Counted from the first letter of the stretch, positions 30,877 to 40,607 are shown. The stretch is 64,000 nucleotides of DNA from an uncultured Candidatus Saccharibacteria bacterium (GCA_964504275.1 CAZDDV010000004.1:9908-73907), one strand, 5' to 3'. Notes: generated by a model from the letters alone, not told the origin. Made by a program: numbers and translations.

Positions 30877-32038
30877 CTCGCTTGGTTCAAACTATTCACG
30901 AACATTTGTACTAAAAAGTTTGTTTGCATTTGGTTCGCCAAAAGATACGCAAACCGTTCGCGAGCATTTAAAAAGTTTATTTGGCGGCAAGGTCACGCTT
31001 ACGTACAAAGGCCGCCAGGCATTGGAACTGGCATTACGTCGAAGCGGCTTGCCTGCAGGTAGTCGAGTCGGCATTAATGGTTTTACTTGTTACGTGGTGT
31101 ACCAAGCCGTAAAAAACGCGGGCTTAGAACCAGTCATGATTGATGTTGCCAAAGATTTATTGCATTTTGACGCGGACGGTTTAGAACAAACGCGCAACCT
31201 AAAAGCTGTAATAATCCAAAACACATTTGGTTTGGTGGTTGATATTGTGGCAATCGAAAAAGTTGTAAAGCAAAATAAACTTTTGCTGATAGAAGATCTA
31301 GCGCATAGTTTTGGCGCTGTCTACGACGATGGACGCGAAGCTGGAACAGTTGGTGATTTAGTAATGCTTTCATTCAGCCAAGACAAACAGCAAGATGTTG
31401 TTGCTGGTGGCGCGCTGATTGATCGACGCCAAAAGGCAGTACGTGACAATGCGTTGCCACAAGCTTCGTTGTGGGTGCGTGCAAAAAATAGAACGTACCC
31501 GTTCTGGTCTGGGTTAATTCGCACTGGTTACAGTCTGGGCTTAGGGCGCTATATTCATTTTGTTTTGAAAAATCTACACTTGCTGGCAACGCCAATGGGG
31601 GACAACAAACAAGGTTTGGCATCGATGTCGTTTGGTGCTGCGCGTTTGTTAAAAAATCGCCTGCAAAATCAGGCCAGCGAAACTTTGCATCGCAGGCATA
31701 TTGCGGCGGTGTATCAAAAAGAATTATCAAAAAATCTGCAGTATGCATTTGTGGGGGAACCTTCTTTTGTGCGCTTTCCGGTACGAGTTAAAAATCCCGC
31801 CCGAGTAATTACAGCGCTGAAGAGACGCGAAATATACATTGGCGATACCTGGTACGACGCGCCAATTGCACCTAAAAAATACATGGCGCATGTTCAGTAC
31901 GAATCAGGGCAATGCCCGAACGTCGAAAAACTTGTAACAGAAATTGTTAACTTGCCAACGCACAAACACGTGAGCCCGCAGCAAGCAAAAAAAATCTGCG
32001 ATATAGTTAATCAAACCCAAAAGGACGAACAAAAGTGA
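30863..32038 (+). CDS. DegT/DnrJ/EryC1/StrS-family PLP aminotransferase
   Basis: LIEDLAHSFGAVYDDGREAGTVGDLVMLSFSQDKQ (PLP-Lys context SF...K). Internal ATG at 30863 chosen (MAIFNSLGSNY). Confidence 0.75.
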   Translation: MAIFNSLGSNYSRTFVLKSLFAFGSPKDTQTVREHLKSLFGGKVTLTYKGRQALELALRRSGLPAGSRVGINGFTCYVVYQAVKNAGLEPVMIDVAKDLLHFDADGLEQTRNLKAVIIQNTFGLVVDIVAIEKVVKQNKLLLIEDLAHSFGAVYDDGREAGTVGDLVMLSFSQDKQQDVVAGGALIDRRQKAVRDNALPQASLWVRAKNRTYPFWSGLIRTGYSLGLGRYIHFVLKNLHLLATPMGDNKQGLASMSFGAARLLKNRLQNQASETLHRRHIAAVYQKELSKNLQYAFVGEPSFVRFPVRVKNPARVITALKRREIYIGDTWYDAPIAPKKYMAHVQYESGQCPNVEKLVTEIVNLPTHKHVSPQQAKKICDIVNQTQKDEQK

Positions 32039-33063
32039 GCACGAAATTCACAGGGCAAGACATCACCGATAAAAAAAACTGGGAAGATTTTATTGCAACT
32101 CGTCCGGAAGCAAATTTTTTGCATTCATGGTTTTGGGGTGTGTTTCATGAGCGACTTGGGCACAAAGTTATTCGCCGCGGTTACTACAAAAATGAAAAGT
32201 TGGTTGGCGTGTTGCAGGCAATTGTTGAGCCGGCACGACGCGGCAAACATGTAACGGTGCCCGGCGGACCAATTTTAAACTGGGAAGAGACTGGCTTAGA
32301 AAAAAAATGGGCGGAAGATTTGAAAGAAATTTGTCGTCAACATTCTTGTGTTTTTGCGCGGGTTCGTCCACAACTTTTAAGTACTCAGATAAACCAGTTG
32401 CGATTTAGAAAGCTGGGTTTCAAAAAATCGCCAATGCACTTGACGGCTGATTTGACCAGCCAGTTGGATTTATCTAAAAGTGATGATGAACTAAAAAAAG
32501 CTATGCGAAAAGGCACGCGATACGAGATCAATCGTTCGGCTAAACTCGACATAAAAGTAGAAACCGTTCGCGATCAAAAATATCTAGATGAGTTTTATGA
32601 TTTGCAGTTGCAAACCGCCAAGCGTCACGGTTTTGTGCCATTTAGCAAAAAGTTTTTGAGCGAGCAATTTAATACATTTGCCGAATCTGACCACGTCGAA
32701 ATGTATCGTGCAACGCAGAACGGAAAGTTGCTCACGATGGCGTTTGTAATTTTTTACGGCCAAGAAGCAGCCTATCATTACGGGGCCAGTGCCGATTTAG
32801 CGCGCAAAGTTCCTGGTGCTTATGCAATTCAGTGGCAGGCAATCCAGGAGGCTCGTCGCCGTGGTTGTTCGCGTTATAATTTTTGGGGCGTAACAGAACA
32901 TGGCCAAACCAAACATCGTTTTTACGGCGTGTCGGTTTTCAAACGCGGTTTTGGGGGCGAAGACGTGGCCTATTTGCCAGCACAAGATTTAATAGTCGAC
33001 AAAATAAAATATCCTCTGACCTATGCATTTGAAACAGCCCGTCGTAAACTACGCAAATTGTAA
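32035..33063 (+). CDS. FemAB-family peptidoglycan interpeptide-bridge peptidyltransferase
   Basis: W..FI...PEANFLHSWFWG, ...FYGQEAAYHYGAS and RYNFWG are characteristic of FemAB/lipid II aminoacyl transferases. Confidence 0.75.
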   Translation: MSTKFTGQDITDKKNWEDFIATRPEANFLHSWFWGVFHERLGHKVIRRGYYKNEKLVGVLQAIVEPARRGKHVTVPGGPILNWEETGLEKKWAEDLKEICRQHSCVFARVRPQLLSTQINQLRFRKLGFKKSPMHLTADLTSQLDLSKSDDELKKAMRKGTRYEINRSAKLDIKVETVRDQKYLDEFYDLQLQTAKRHGFVPFSKKFLSEQFNTFAESDHVEMYRATQNGKLLTMAFVIFYGQEAAYHYGASADLARKVPGAYAIQWQAIQEARRRGCSRYNFWGVTEHGQTKHRFYGVSVFKRGFGGEDVAYLPAQDLIVDKIKYPLTYAFETARRKLRKL

Positions 33064-33112
33064 AAGCTATACTTGGTGTTTTGGCAACAGTTTCTGTTAG
33101 AATATAACAGAT

Positions 33113-35575
33113 ATGAGGCGATACAATCCAAAGGATATTGAAGGCAAGTGGCAAAAAACTTGGTCTGATAGCAAAATTTATCAAGCTATTGATTTTGATA
33201 CGTCTCGCCAAAAATTTGTCATGTTGACGGAATTTCCGTATCCGTCTGGTGATGGCTTGCACATGGGTCACACCCGCGAATACACATTGGGTGACATTAT
33301 GGCGCGCCACAAACGCATGCAAGGATTCAACGTTTTGTATCCAATGGGCTACGACGAATTTGGTTTGCCGACCGAAAACTACGCAATCAAAAACAAAGTT
33401 ACGCCGCAGTCTGCTACAAAAACCAACACCGCGAATTTTCAGCAGCAGTTTGAAAGCCTCGGCTTTAGTTTTGATTGGGACCGCGTTATACGAACCTCCG
33501 ACCCGAGTTATTACAAATGGACGCAGTGGTTATTTTTGCAATTTTACAAAGAGGGTTTGGCGTATCAGCAAGAAACAGCAATCAATTGGTGTCCTTTTTG
33601 TAAAACTGGCCTTGCCAACGAAGAAGTTATAAATGGTCGCCACGAACGCTGCGATAATTTGGTCGAAAAAAAACAGCTCAAACAATGGTTGCTTAAAATT
33701 ACTCAGTACGCCGATCGTTTAATCGAAGGCTTAAAAGATGTCGACTACCCCAGCCGCATAGCCGACCAACAAATAAACTGGATCGGAAAAAGTCGCGGCG
33801 CTGAAATTGACTTTGCGGTCGAAAACAGTGATCAAAAAATATCGGTTTTTACTACACGTGCCGATACGATTTTTAGCGGTGCGTTTTTAGTATTAGCTCC
33901 AGAGCACAAAATGGTTTCTGTCGTTACAACCGAATCGCAAAAGTCAAAAGTTGCAATGTACCTAAAAGAGGCTCAAGCAAAAACCGAAATCGAACGTACA
34001 AGCGAGGGCGATAAAGAAAAAACTGGCGTGTTCACGGGTTCATACGCGATTAATCCCGCCAACGAGGAAAAAATTCCAATTTGGGTTGCTGATTTCGTAC
34101 TTGGCAATTATGGAACAGGCGCTGTTTTTGGCGATATTCACGACGAACGAGATTTTGAATTTTTGCGCAAATACGACATCCCAGCCCGCGTAACTGTTAT
34201 TCCGGAAGACGCTACCGAAGCCGCCACAGTAAAAGCAAAAGAGTATCCATATACAGGCCAGGGAATATTGATTGAATCCGGCGAGTTTACTGGCCAAAAA
34301 ACTGACGTGGCCCGCGATAAAATTATTGATTGGCTAAGCCAAAAAGGCGCAGCCCGAGAAAAAATAAACTACAAGCTCCGAGATTGGATTTTTAGCCGCC
34401 AGCATTATTGGGGCGAGCCGATTCCGATTATTCACTGCGACAAATGTGGTGCCGTTGCTGTTCCGGAAAAAGATTTACCAGTTGAGCTTCCGGACGTAAA
34501 AAATTACGAACCAACTGATGACGGCAAAAGCCCGCTGGCGGCAATTACCGATTGGGTAAACGTAGATTGTCCAAAATGTGGCGGAAGCGCAAAACGCGAA
34601 ACCGACACCATGCCAAACTGGGCCGGTAGCAGCTGGTATTACTTGCGCTATTTTGACCCGCACAATGGCAACGCGTTTGCAGATAAGAAAAAGCTGGAAT
34701 ATTGGGGCGACGTCGACATGTATTTGGGCGGCATGGAACACACCACGCTGCACTTATTGTACTCGCGATTTTGGCACCAATTCTTTTACGACCAAGGTTT
34801 AGTGCCCACGCCAGAACCATACGCGGCGCGCCGTGGGCAGGGAATCATCCTCGCACCCGATGGCCTTAAAATGAGCAAATCCAAAGGCAACGTGGTAAAC
34901 CCAAGCGATATCATAAACCAAGGTTACGGTGCTGATGCCATGCGCGTTTTGATTGCGTTTTTGGCACCATTTGACCAAACAACTCCGTGGAATCCAGAAG
35001 GCGTCGCCGGAACATTTCGATTTTTGCAACGCGTTTGGACGTTAATGCACGAATACAAAGACGCAAATGTTGACGGAAAATCAGACAACAAAGACTTGCA
35101 AATAATTCAGCACAAACTGGCCAAAAAAGTCAGCCAAGATTTAGACAGCATGAGTTTTAATACTGCAATTGCCGCGCTTATGGAAGCCGCCAACGACTTG
35201 TACAAAATAAAAGCCAGCGACAAATTTACGAGCCTTGAATGGCCAGAAGTTTTAGAAACTTTATTAAAATTACTAGCACCATTTGCGCCGCACATCAGCG
35301 AAGAGCTGTGGCAACAACTTGATAAGAACCACTCGATTCATACTGGTCAGTGGCCAACGTGGGACGAAAAATTATTGGTAGCCGATTCCGTCACAATCGT
35401 CGTACAAGTAAACGGCAAAGTTCGCGCTAACATCGAAATGTCCATAGATGCTAGCGAAGACGAAATAGTAGCAGCCGCCACAGCAGATGAAAAAATCGCC
35501 AGCTACCTAGAAGACAAAAAAATCATCAAAACCATTCTTGTCCCCAACAAATTGTTGAACATCGTCATCACTTAG
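33113..35575 (+). CDS. leuS: Leucine--tRNA ligase
   Basis: HIGH-type GLHMGHTREY and KMSKS (LKMSKSKGN). N-terminal YNPKDIEGKWQKTW. 820 aa. Confidence 0.95.
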   Translation: MRRYNPKDIEGKWQKTWSDSKIYQAIDFDTSRQKFVMLTEFPYPSGDGLHMGHTREYTLGDIMARHKRMQGFNVLYPMGYDEFGLPTENYAIKNKVTPQSATKTNTANFQQQFESLGFSFDWDRVIRTSDPSYYKWTQWLFLQFYKEGLAYQQETAINWCPFCKTGLANEEVINGRHERCDNLVEKKQLKQWLLKITQYADRLIEGLKDVDYPSRIADQQINWIGKSRGAEIDFAVENSDQKISVFTTRADTIFSGAFLVLAPEHKMVSVVTTESQKSKVAMYLKEAQAKTEIERTSEGDKEKTGVFTGSYAINPANEEKIPIWVADFVLGNYGTGAVFGDIHDERDFEFLRKYDIPARVTVIPEDATEAATVKAKEYPYTGQGILIESGEFTGQKTDVARDKIIDWLSQKGAAREKINYKLRDWIFSRQHYWGEPIPIIHCDKCGAVAVPEKDLPVELPDVKNYEPTDDGKSPLAAITDWVNVDCPKCGGSAKRETDTMPNWAGSSWYYLRYFDPHNGNAFADKKKLEYWGDVDMYLGGMEHTTLHLLYSRFWHQFFYDQGLVPTPEPYAARRGQGIILAPDGLKMSKSKGNVVNPSDIINQGYGADAMRVLIAFLAPFDQTTPWNPEGVAGTFRFLQRVWTLMHEYKDANVDGKSDNKDLQIIQHKLAKKVSQDLDSMSFNTAIAALMEAANDLYKIKASDKFTSLEWPEVLETLLKLLAPFAPHISEELWQQLDKNHSIHTGQWPTWDEKLLVADSVTIVVQVNGKVRANIEMSIDASEDEIVAAATADEKIASYLEDKKIIKTILVPNKLLNIVIT

Positions 35576-35578
35576 TTA

Positions 35579-35605
35579 TTGACTCCACACCGCTTATGCT
35601 ATAAT
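35579..35605 (+). promoter_or_regulatory. Candidate sigma70-type promoter: TTGACT-N15-TATAAT with TGc extended -10
   Basis: TTGACT at 35579-35584, TG at 35597-35598, TATAAT at 35600-35605. About 40 nt upstream of the GTG start at 35644. Confidence 0.45.
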
Positions 35606-35643
35606 AAATCTATACATCAAAATAAAAAGGATACAAACATCCC

Positions 35644-36411
35644 GTGGCCACAGCAAAAAAAACAACCCGCACAAAAGTTGGCGGTACTAGTAAGCTAAAA
35701 TCAAACAGCAATAACAAACTAATTATTGTAATCGTAGTACTTATTATTGCACTCGTCGGTGGATTCTTCGTCTACCGCAGCTTTGCAGCAAGTAAGCGAC
35801 GCGTACTAACTGCAGCAGATAGTGAATTATCGGTTAATCCGGTTGATGCAGTATCGGCGAGAAGAATGAAAGATGGTGCAGCCACCGTATGGAGCTTTTA
35901 TGGAAAGAAGGAGTTTGCGTCATCACGCGACGGCCTTAACTATAGTGGCGGGCGAAATGCCTGGGAAGCTATCGAAATTAGCACAAACGGGGCAAAAGTT
36001 GTTCCTGGTGATATTATCTGTGTTTATGCTGCTGTACTTGACATAAGCGGCCAAGCAGTTGACGCGGACCAAATTAACTCTAATGATCCTGGCACACAAA
36101 CCCACATAGGTAGTTACGGTCTTACGTACGCGAAGCCAACAAACAGTGGCACAAATGCACTGCGTGGTGGACAAGGCTATACACTTTCGTCGCACCTCAT
36201 AGGCGGCAAAACAAGCTTTGCGGGTGTTGGTGCATATCGAAAGTATTGTTTTGAGCAGGGAAATTTTACTACCGATAAATTAAACTTCTCAATCGCTACG
36301 CATATAGGTCTCAACAGCATATTCCAAAAAAGTTACGAAATCCGTCTACTCAAGGTTGTTATTGGTGACACGCTTGCGGACGCACCATATAGCAAAAATC
36401 CATACCAGTAA
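35644..36411 (+). CDS. Hypothetical N-terminally anchored extracytoplasmic protein
   Basis: 255-aa ORF with a GTG start. Basic N-terminus followed by a TM helix (LIIVIVVLIIALVGGFFVY). Confidence 0.55.
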   Translation: MATAKKTTRTKVGGTSKLKSNSNNKLIIVIVVLIIALVGGFFVYRSFAASKRRVLTAADSELSVNPVDAVSARRMKDGAATVWSFYGKKEFASSRDGLNYSGGRNAWEAIEISTNGAKVVPGDIICVYAAVLDISGQAVDADQINSNDPGTQTHIGSYGLTYAKPTNSGTNALRGGQGYTLSSHLIGGKTSFAGVGAYRKYCFEQGNFTTDKLNFSIATHIGLNSIFQKSYEIRLLKVVIGDTLADAPYSKNPYQ

Positions 36412-36430
36412 AATAGAAATTTAATAAAAA

Positions 36431-36468
36431 CTGCTTGTGCGTGGTCTAGCGCACGGGCAGTTTTAATT
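36431..36468 (+). terminator. Rho-independent terminator
   Basis: 11-bp stem CTGCTTGTGCG/CGCACGGGCAG (two G-U pairs) with an 8-nt loop, followed by TTTTAATT. Confidence 0.75.
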
Positions 36469-36481
36469 GGGGTTTCACCCC

Positions 36482-36510
36482 TTGAGTTTTGGTGTAAATT
36501 GCTGTATAGT
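36482..36510 (+). promoter_or_regulatory. Candidate promoter TTGAGT-N17-TATAGT for the rpmF-nusB operon
   Basis: TTGAGT at 36482-36487 and TATAGT at 36505-36510, read directly. Confidence 0.45.
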
Positions 36511-36552
36511 ACACGCAAGCGTTACTAGATAAACTAAGGAGTTCTACGAAAC

Positions 36553-36720
36553 ATGGGTAAGCCAAAACACCGAACAACCCCCCGCCGGACGGGCACACGT
36601 CGCAGCCACATGGTTGTAAAACTTGCGCGTGCCGTCAATGCGAAGTCGCCAGTAAAGGCCTACACAACGCGTAAAGAGACCGGCGCAAATATCGAGAAAA
36701 AAGTTACAAAAGCAGCCTAA
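36553..36720 (+). CDS. rpmF: 50S ribosomal protein L32 (bL32)
   Basis: Below the ORF-track size cutoff. My translation gives MGKPKHRTTPRRTGTRRSHMVVKLARAVNAKSPVKAYTTRKETGANIEKKVTKAA. The basic N-terminus with RRSH is the bL32 signature. AGGAG RBS at 36536-36540. Confidence 0.75.
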   Translation: MGKPKHRTTPRRTGTRRSHMVVKLARAVNAKSPVKAYTTRKETGANIEKKVTKAA

Positions 36721-36807
36721 TTTGGCCGCGCTTTTGAGCGTTTCCCTGGTATAATAACAAGTGCCGCTACCAAATATTTGGTAGCTAAACAAGGAACATT
36801 TAACAAT

Positions 36808-37302
36808 ATGGCTTCAAATCGTCACCTCGGTAGAATCGTTACCATGCAAACACTGTACGAAGAAGAATTTCGCGCAGCTTGCGGTGATAAAAAACTCGAT
36901 TTCGAGCAAGTTCTGAAGCGCAATATCGAGCGTTATGGTAAAACGCTGGACGACACCACTTTTGTACGCGAATTAGCGCGTGGTGTACGTGCAAAAACAA
37001 CCGAACTAGATGGTGTTTTGCAACCGATTGCACCAGATTGGCCAATTGATCAAATTTCCCGTATTGACCGCACAATTTTGCGCATTGGGGCATTCGAGTT
37101 GATAAATCAGCGAAACGCCGTACCGCCCAAAGTTGTTATTAACGAAGCTGTTGAACTTGCAAAAAACTTTGGTGGCGAAAATTCATCAAAATTCATCAAT
37201 GGTGTTTTAGGCAGTTTGCTTAGGCAACTTGAAGCCAGAAAAGAACAATTAAGCGGGAAGACACCGCCCAAAGAGACCAAAGAAGATCCTACAGAAACAT
37301 AA
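36808..37302 (+). CDS. nusB: Transcription antitermination factor NusB
   Basis: RHLGRIVTMQTLYEEEF, ...IDRTILRIGAFEL, and INEAVELAKNFGGENSSKFINGVLG (the NusB signature). Confidence 0.9.
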   Translation: MASNRHLGRIVTMQTLYEEEFRAACGDKKLDFEQVLKRNIERYGKTLDDTTFVRELARGVRAKTTELDGVLQPIAPDWPIDQISRIDRTILRIGAFELINQRNAVPPKVVINEAVELAKNFGGENSSKFINGVLGSLLRQLEARKEQLSGKTPPKETKEDPTET

Positions 37303-37312
37303 GAGTTAGCAT

Positions 37313-37813
37313 ATGAATAGACCCAAACCATTCGAAAACATCAGGCGATTTATGCCACGCAAACGACCGGTTATTCGCGAAGTTCTTCGTGAGCCAACCG
37401 CCGGCGGCGTTGTATTTAGGCGCAATAGCACAACAAATAAGATAGAAATCTTGCTGATTCAAGATGCCAAAGATCGCTGGACGATTCCAAAGGGTCACAT
37501 CGAAGAAGGCGAGACCGCCAAAGAAACCGCTAAACGTGAAATCGGCGAAGAAACCGGCCTTAAACATCTGAACATTCTAAGTTGGCTTGGTAAAATTAAC
37601 TTTCAGTATCGTCGCCAACAAAGTTTAGTGCTTATGACTACCGAGATTTTTTTGGCACATGCAACCAAAGACACCGACGCGATTGTGCCAGAAGATTGGA
37701 TGAACGGCATCAAGTGGTTCTCTAGTAACGACGCGCTTGAAAAAATCGAATACGAAGATATCAGCAAACTAATACTGCTAGGACTAAAGAAGATCCGACA
37801 GGCAAACCTGTAA
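37313..37813 (+). CDS. Nudix hydrolase
   Basis: Nudix box GHIEEGETAKETAKREIGEETGL. Confidence 0.8.
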   Translation: MNRPKPFENIRRFMPRKRPVIREVLREPTAGGVVFRRNSTTNKIEILLIQDAKDRWTIPKGHIEEGETAKETAKREIGEETGLKHLNILSWLGKINFQYRRQQSLVLMTTEIFLAHATKDTDAIVPEDWMNGIKWFSSNDALEKIEYEDISKLILLGLKKIRQANL

Positions 37814-37824
37814 AAGATTGAAGA

Positions 37825-38526
37825 TTGATTATGGACACAGCAAAATACCAACAATTTGCCAACGACAAACTTGGCGTCACATTCAAAAATCTCGAACTAT
37901 TGATCACGGCGTTTACGCACCGATCGTACGTGAACGAACATCGCAAAACAGTCAAAGAGCATAACGAACGCTTGGAATTTTTGGGCGATGCCGTTTTAGA
38001 ACTTGTGGTAACCGACTTTTTGTACACAAATTACAGCGAACCAGAGGGCATTTTAACCAACTGGCGAAGTAGTTTGGTGCGTACAGAAAGTATTAGCGAC
38101 GCTGCTAAACGATTCGAGTTCGAACCATTGCTACGCTTGAGCCGCGGCGAACGACGTGGAACCGACAGGGCACGAGCACAAATTTTGGCAAACGCGTACG
38201 AGGCCGTCGTCGGAGCAATTTATTTAGACCAAGGCTATGACGCCGCCAAAGAATTTATCACAAAAAGTATTTTAAGTACGTTCGAAGAAATCCTAAAAAC
38301 CGGTTCCTGGATGGATGCAAAATCTCACTTGCAAGAAGTTGCACAAAGCCGTGACGGCGCAACACCACAGTACAAAGTATTGAGCGAAGAAGGCCCCGAC
38401 CACGACAAAGTTTTCGTCGTTGGCGTATACGTTGCCGACAAACTTATGGGCGAAGGCAGCGGCCCGAGCAAACAAATCGGCCAACAACAAGCCGCCGAGC
38501 AAGCTCTCAAAAAGTACAACGTTTAG
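37825..38526 (+). CDS. rnc: Ribonuclease III
   Basis: Signature ERLEFLGDAVLE, AYEAVVGAIYLD, and a C-terminal dsRBD (PKS.LQE..Q...G..P.Y). Confidence 0.95.
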   Translation: MIMDTAKYQQFANDKLGVTFKNLELLITAFTHRSYVNEHRKTVKEHNERLEFLGDAVLELVVTDFLYTNYSEPEGILTNWRSSLVRTESISDAAKRFEFEPLLRLSRGERRGTDRARAQILANAYEAVVGAIYLDQGYDAAKEFITKSILSTFEEILKTGSWMDAKSHLQEVAQSRDGATPQYKVLSEEGPDHDKVFVVGVYVADKLMGEGSGPSKQIGQQQAAEQALKKYNV

Positions 38527-38584
38527 TAATTGCGCTGCCTGAAAAGCCTCCGTATACTTGCTAGACATAAGCGGAGCAAGTCAG

Positions 38585-40435
38585 ATGCATAATCATAGTT
38601 CAAAATTGCGTAGTAGAGTTGCGATTTTGGATGCCGGCGCGCAGTACGGCAAGGTGATTGATCGACGCGTTCGTGGGCTGGGTGTTTTGTCTGAGATTTT
38701 GCCAATTGACACACCTGCTGCAATGCTCAAAATGTACAACGCCATTATTATTTCGGGCGGTCCGCAAAGTGTTTACGCCGACGGTGCGCCGCGAGTCGAC
38801 GAAGATATTTTCAAGCTAGACGTACCGATTCTAGGAATTTGTTACGGCATGCAGCTACTCAGTTTTTATTTTGATGGAACAGTCAGCAAAGGCACGCGCC
38901 GTGAGGATGGTGCGAGCACAGTAACCGTAAAAACCAACTCAGAATTATTCAAAGATCTGCCCAAAAAACAAACGGTGCTGATGAGTCACGGTGATAGCGT
39001 CGCCAAACTCCCAAACGGATTTGTCTGTTCCGCAAAGTCCGGCGAAATCATTGCGGCGATAGAAAACTCTGCCCAAAAATTGTTCGGTGTGCAGTTTCAT
39101 CCAGAAGTTGATATTAGTGAATTTGGCTCAAAAATAATTGCTAACTTTTTGTTTAACGTCGCAAAACAGAAAGCTGATTTTACGCTGGCTGATCGTGAAA
39201 CAGAATCGATTAGTTATATTCAAAAAGTCGTTGGCAAAAAAGACGTGTTGGTGTTTGTCAGCGGCGGAGTTGACTCGACCGTGTGTGCAGTGTTGCTGGC
39301 TCGTGCGCTGAGCCCAAAACAAATTCACGCCGTACATATAGACATTGGTTTTATGCGCGAAGGCGAAAGCAAATTAGTTGTCGAGGCGTTAAACGCGGCC
39401 GGAATTGAAACGCTACTGATTGATGCGAGTAAGCGGTTTATGAGCAAACTCTTAGGCGTTCATGACCCAGAAAAAAAACGTCAAATTATCGGCGATCAGT
39501 TTATGGTTGAACGCGAACGAGCCATAAAGCAACTTGGGTTAGACCCAAAAACAACTGTACTTGGGCAGGGGACGTTGCGGCCAGATTTAATCGAAAGTGC
39601 CTCTGAGCTTGCTAGTAGTAAAGCTGACGTTATAAAGACTCATCATAATGACACGCCGCTGGTTCGGGCACTTCGCAAAACTGGCAATGTTGTCGAGCCC
39701 TTGCAGGATTTACACAAAGACGAGGTGCGCGAACTTGGTGAAAAACTTGGATTATCAAAAGAACTCGTTTGGCGCCAGCCGTTTCCTGGCCCAGGTTTGG
39801 CGGTGCGATTATTGTGCGCAGAACAGCCGTATTTAGACAATGCCGAAAAACTAATGACACAACTTAAAAAATTTGAAACCAAAGAAACCAGCGTTTGCTT
39901 GCTGCCAGTACGAACGGTTGGCGTACAAGGCGACGGTCGCACCTACAGCCATTTAGTTGGTTTGTCCGGCCCAAAGGACGGCGAGCCCGATTGGAAAAAA
40001 CTACTACAAATCGCCAATGAAATACCCAAACAAGTCCACGGCGTGAATCGAATTATCTATATTTTTGGCGACAAAGTTTCTGGAATCGTCAAGGACATCA
40101 CACCAACTTTGCCAGAAAAAAATGCAATCGATCAGCTTCGTGCGGCGGACAAAATCGTAAATGATTTGCTGCAAAAGCATAATCTGATCCAAAAACTCAG
40201 CCAAGTTCCAGTCATTTCGTTTCCAGTAAATTTTGGCCAAAAAGGAAAAAGATCGATCGGAATCCGCACATTTATAACTAATGATTTTATGACGGGTGTG
40301 CCCGCAACCCCAGGCCAAGAAATTCCAATAAAAGTTTTGGACGCGATGGTGCGGGAGATTTTGAAAGTGCCAGGAATTGTGCGTGTAGTCTATGATTTGA
40401 CTGCAAAACCACCCGGTACCACCGAATGGGAATAG
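38585..40435 (+). CDS. guaA: GMP synthase (glutamine-hydrolysing), long eukaryote-type form
   Basis: GATase ILGICYGMQ, PP-loop SGGVDSTV, and a C-terminal YDLTAKPPGTTEWE. At 616 aa it is about 100 aa longer than typical bacterial GuaA. Confidence 0.9.
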   Translation: MHNHSSKLRSRVAILDAGAQYGKVIDRRVRGLGVLSEILPIDTPAAMLKMYNAIIISGGPQSVYADGAPRVDEDIFKLDVPILGICYGMQLLSFYFDGTVSKGTRREDGASTVTVKTNSELFKDLPKKQTVLMSHGDSVAKLPNGFVCSAKSGEIIAAIENSAQKLFGVQFHPEVDISEFGSKIIANFLFNVAKQKADFTLADRETESISYIQKVVGKKDVLVFVSGGVDSTVCAVLLARALSPKQIHAVHIDIGFMREGESKLVVEALNAAGIETLLIDASKRFMSKLLGVHDPEKKRQIIGDQFMVERERAIKQLGLDPKTTVLGQGTLRPDLIESASELASSKADVIKTHHNDTPLVRALRKTGNVVEPLQDLHKDEVRELGEKLGLSKELVWRQPFPGPGLAVRLLCAEQPYLDNAEKLMTQLKKFETKETSVCLLPVRTVGVQGDGRTYSHLVGLSGPKDGEPDWKKLLQIANEIPKQVHGVNRIIYIFGDKVSGIVKDITPTLPEKNAIDQLRAADKIVNDLLQKHNLIQKLSQVPVISFPVNFGQKGKRSIGIRTFITNDFMTGVPATPGQEIPIKVLDAMVREILKVPGIVRVVYDLTAKPPGTTEWE

Positions 40436-40507
40436 TCGCTGGCACACTACCCCAAAGAGGCCGATACACGCGGATTCACACGCTGGTAGCTTTGAAAGAG
40501 CGAGTAT

Positions 40508-40594
40508 ATTTCACGAGAGGGGCTTATTGCCTTAGTAGCGCCGGACATTTTTTGATGAAAAAATGTCCGCGCGGAACGGCCCCTCTCGTGAAAT
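40508..40594. repeat. Nested long inverted repeat (16-bp outer stem enclosing a 12-bp inner stem) between guaA and rpsP
   Basis: Outer stem ATTTCACGAGAGGGGC (40508-40523) / GCCCCTCTCGTGAAAT (40579-40594). Inner stem CGGACATTTTTT (40542-40553), GATG loop, AAAAAATGTCCG (40558-40569). Confidence 0.7.
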
Positions 40595-40607
40595 GTACGA
40601 GCGGCAG

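Noticed and set aside
40004-40447. 147-aa minus-strand ORF within guaA, and the many other antisense ORFs inside ligA, leuS, guaA and sodC
   Set aside because: They overlap strongly supported housekeeping genes on the opposite strand and carry no independent signals.
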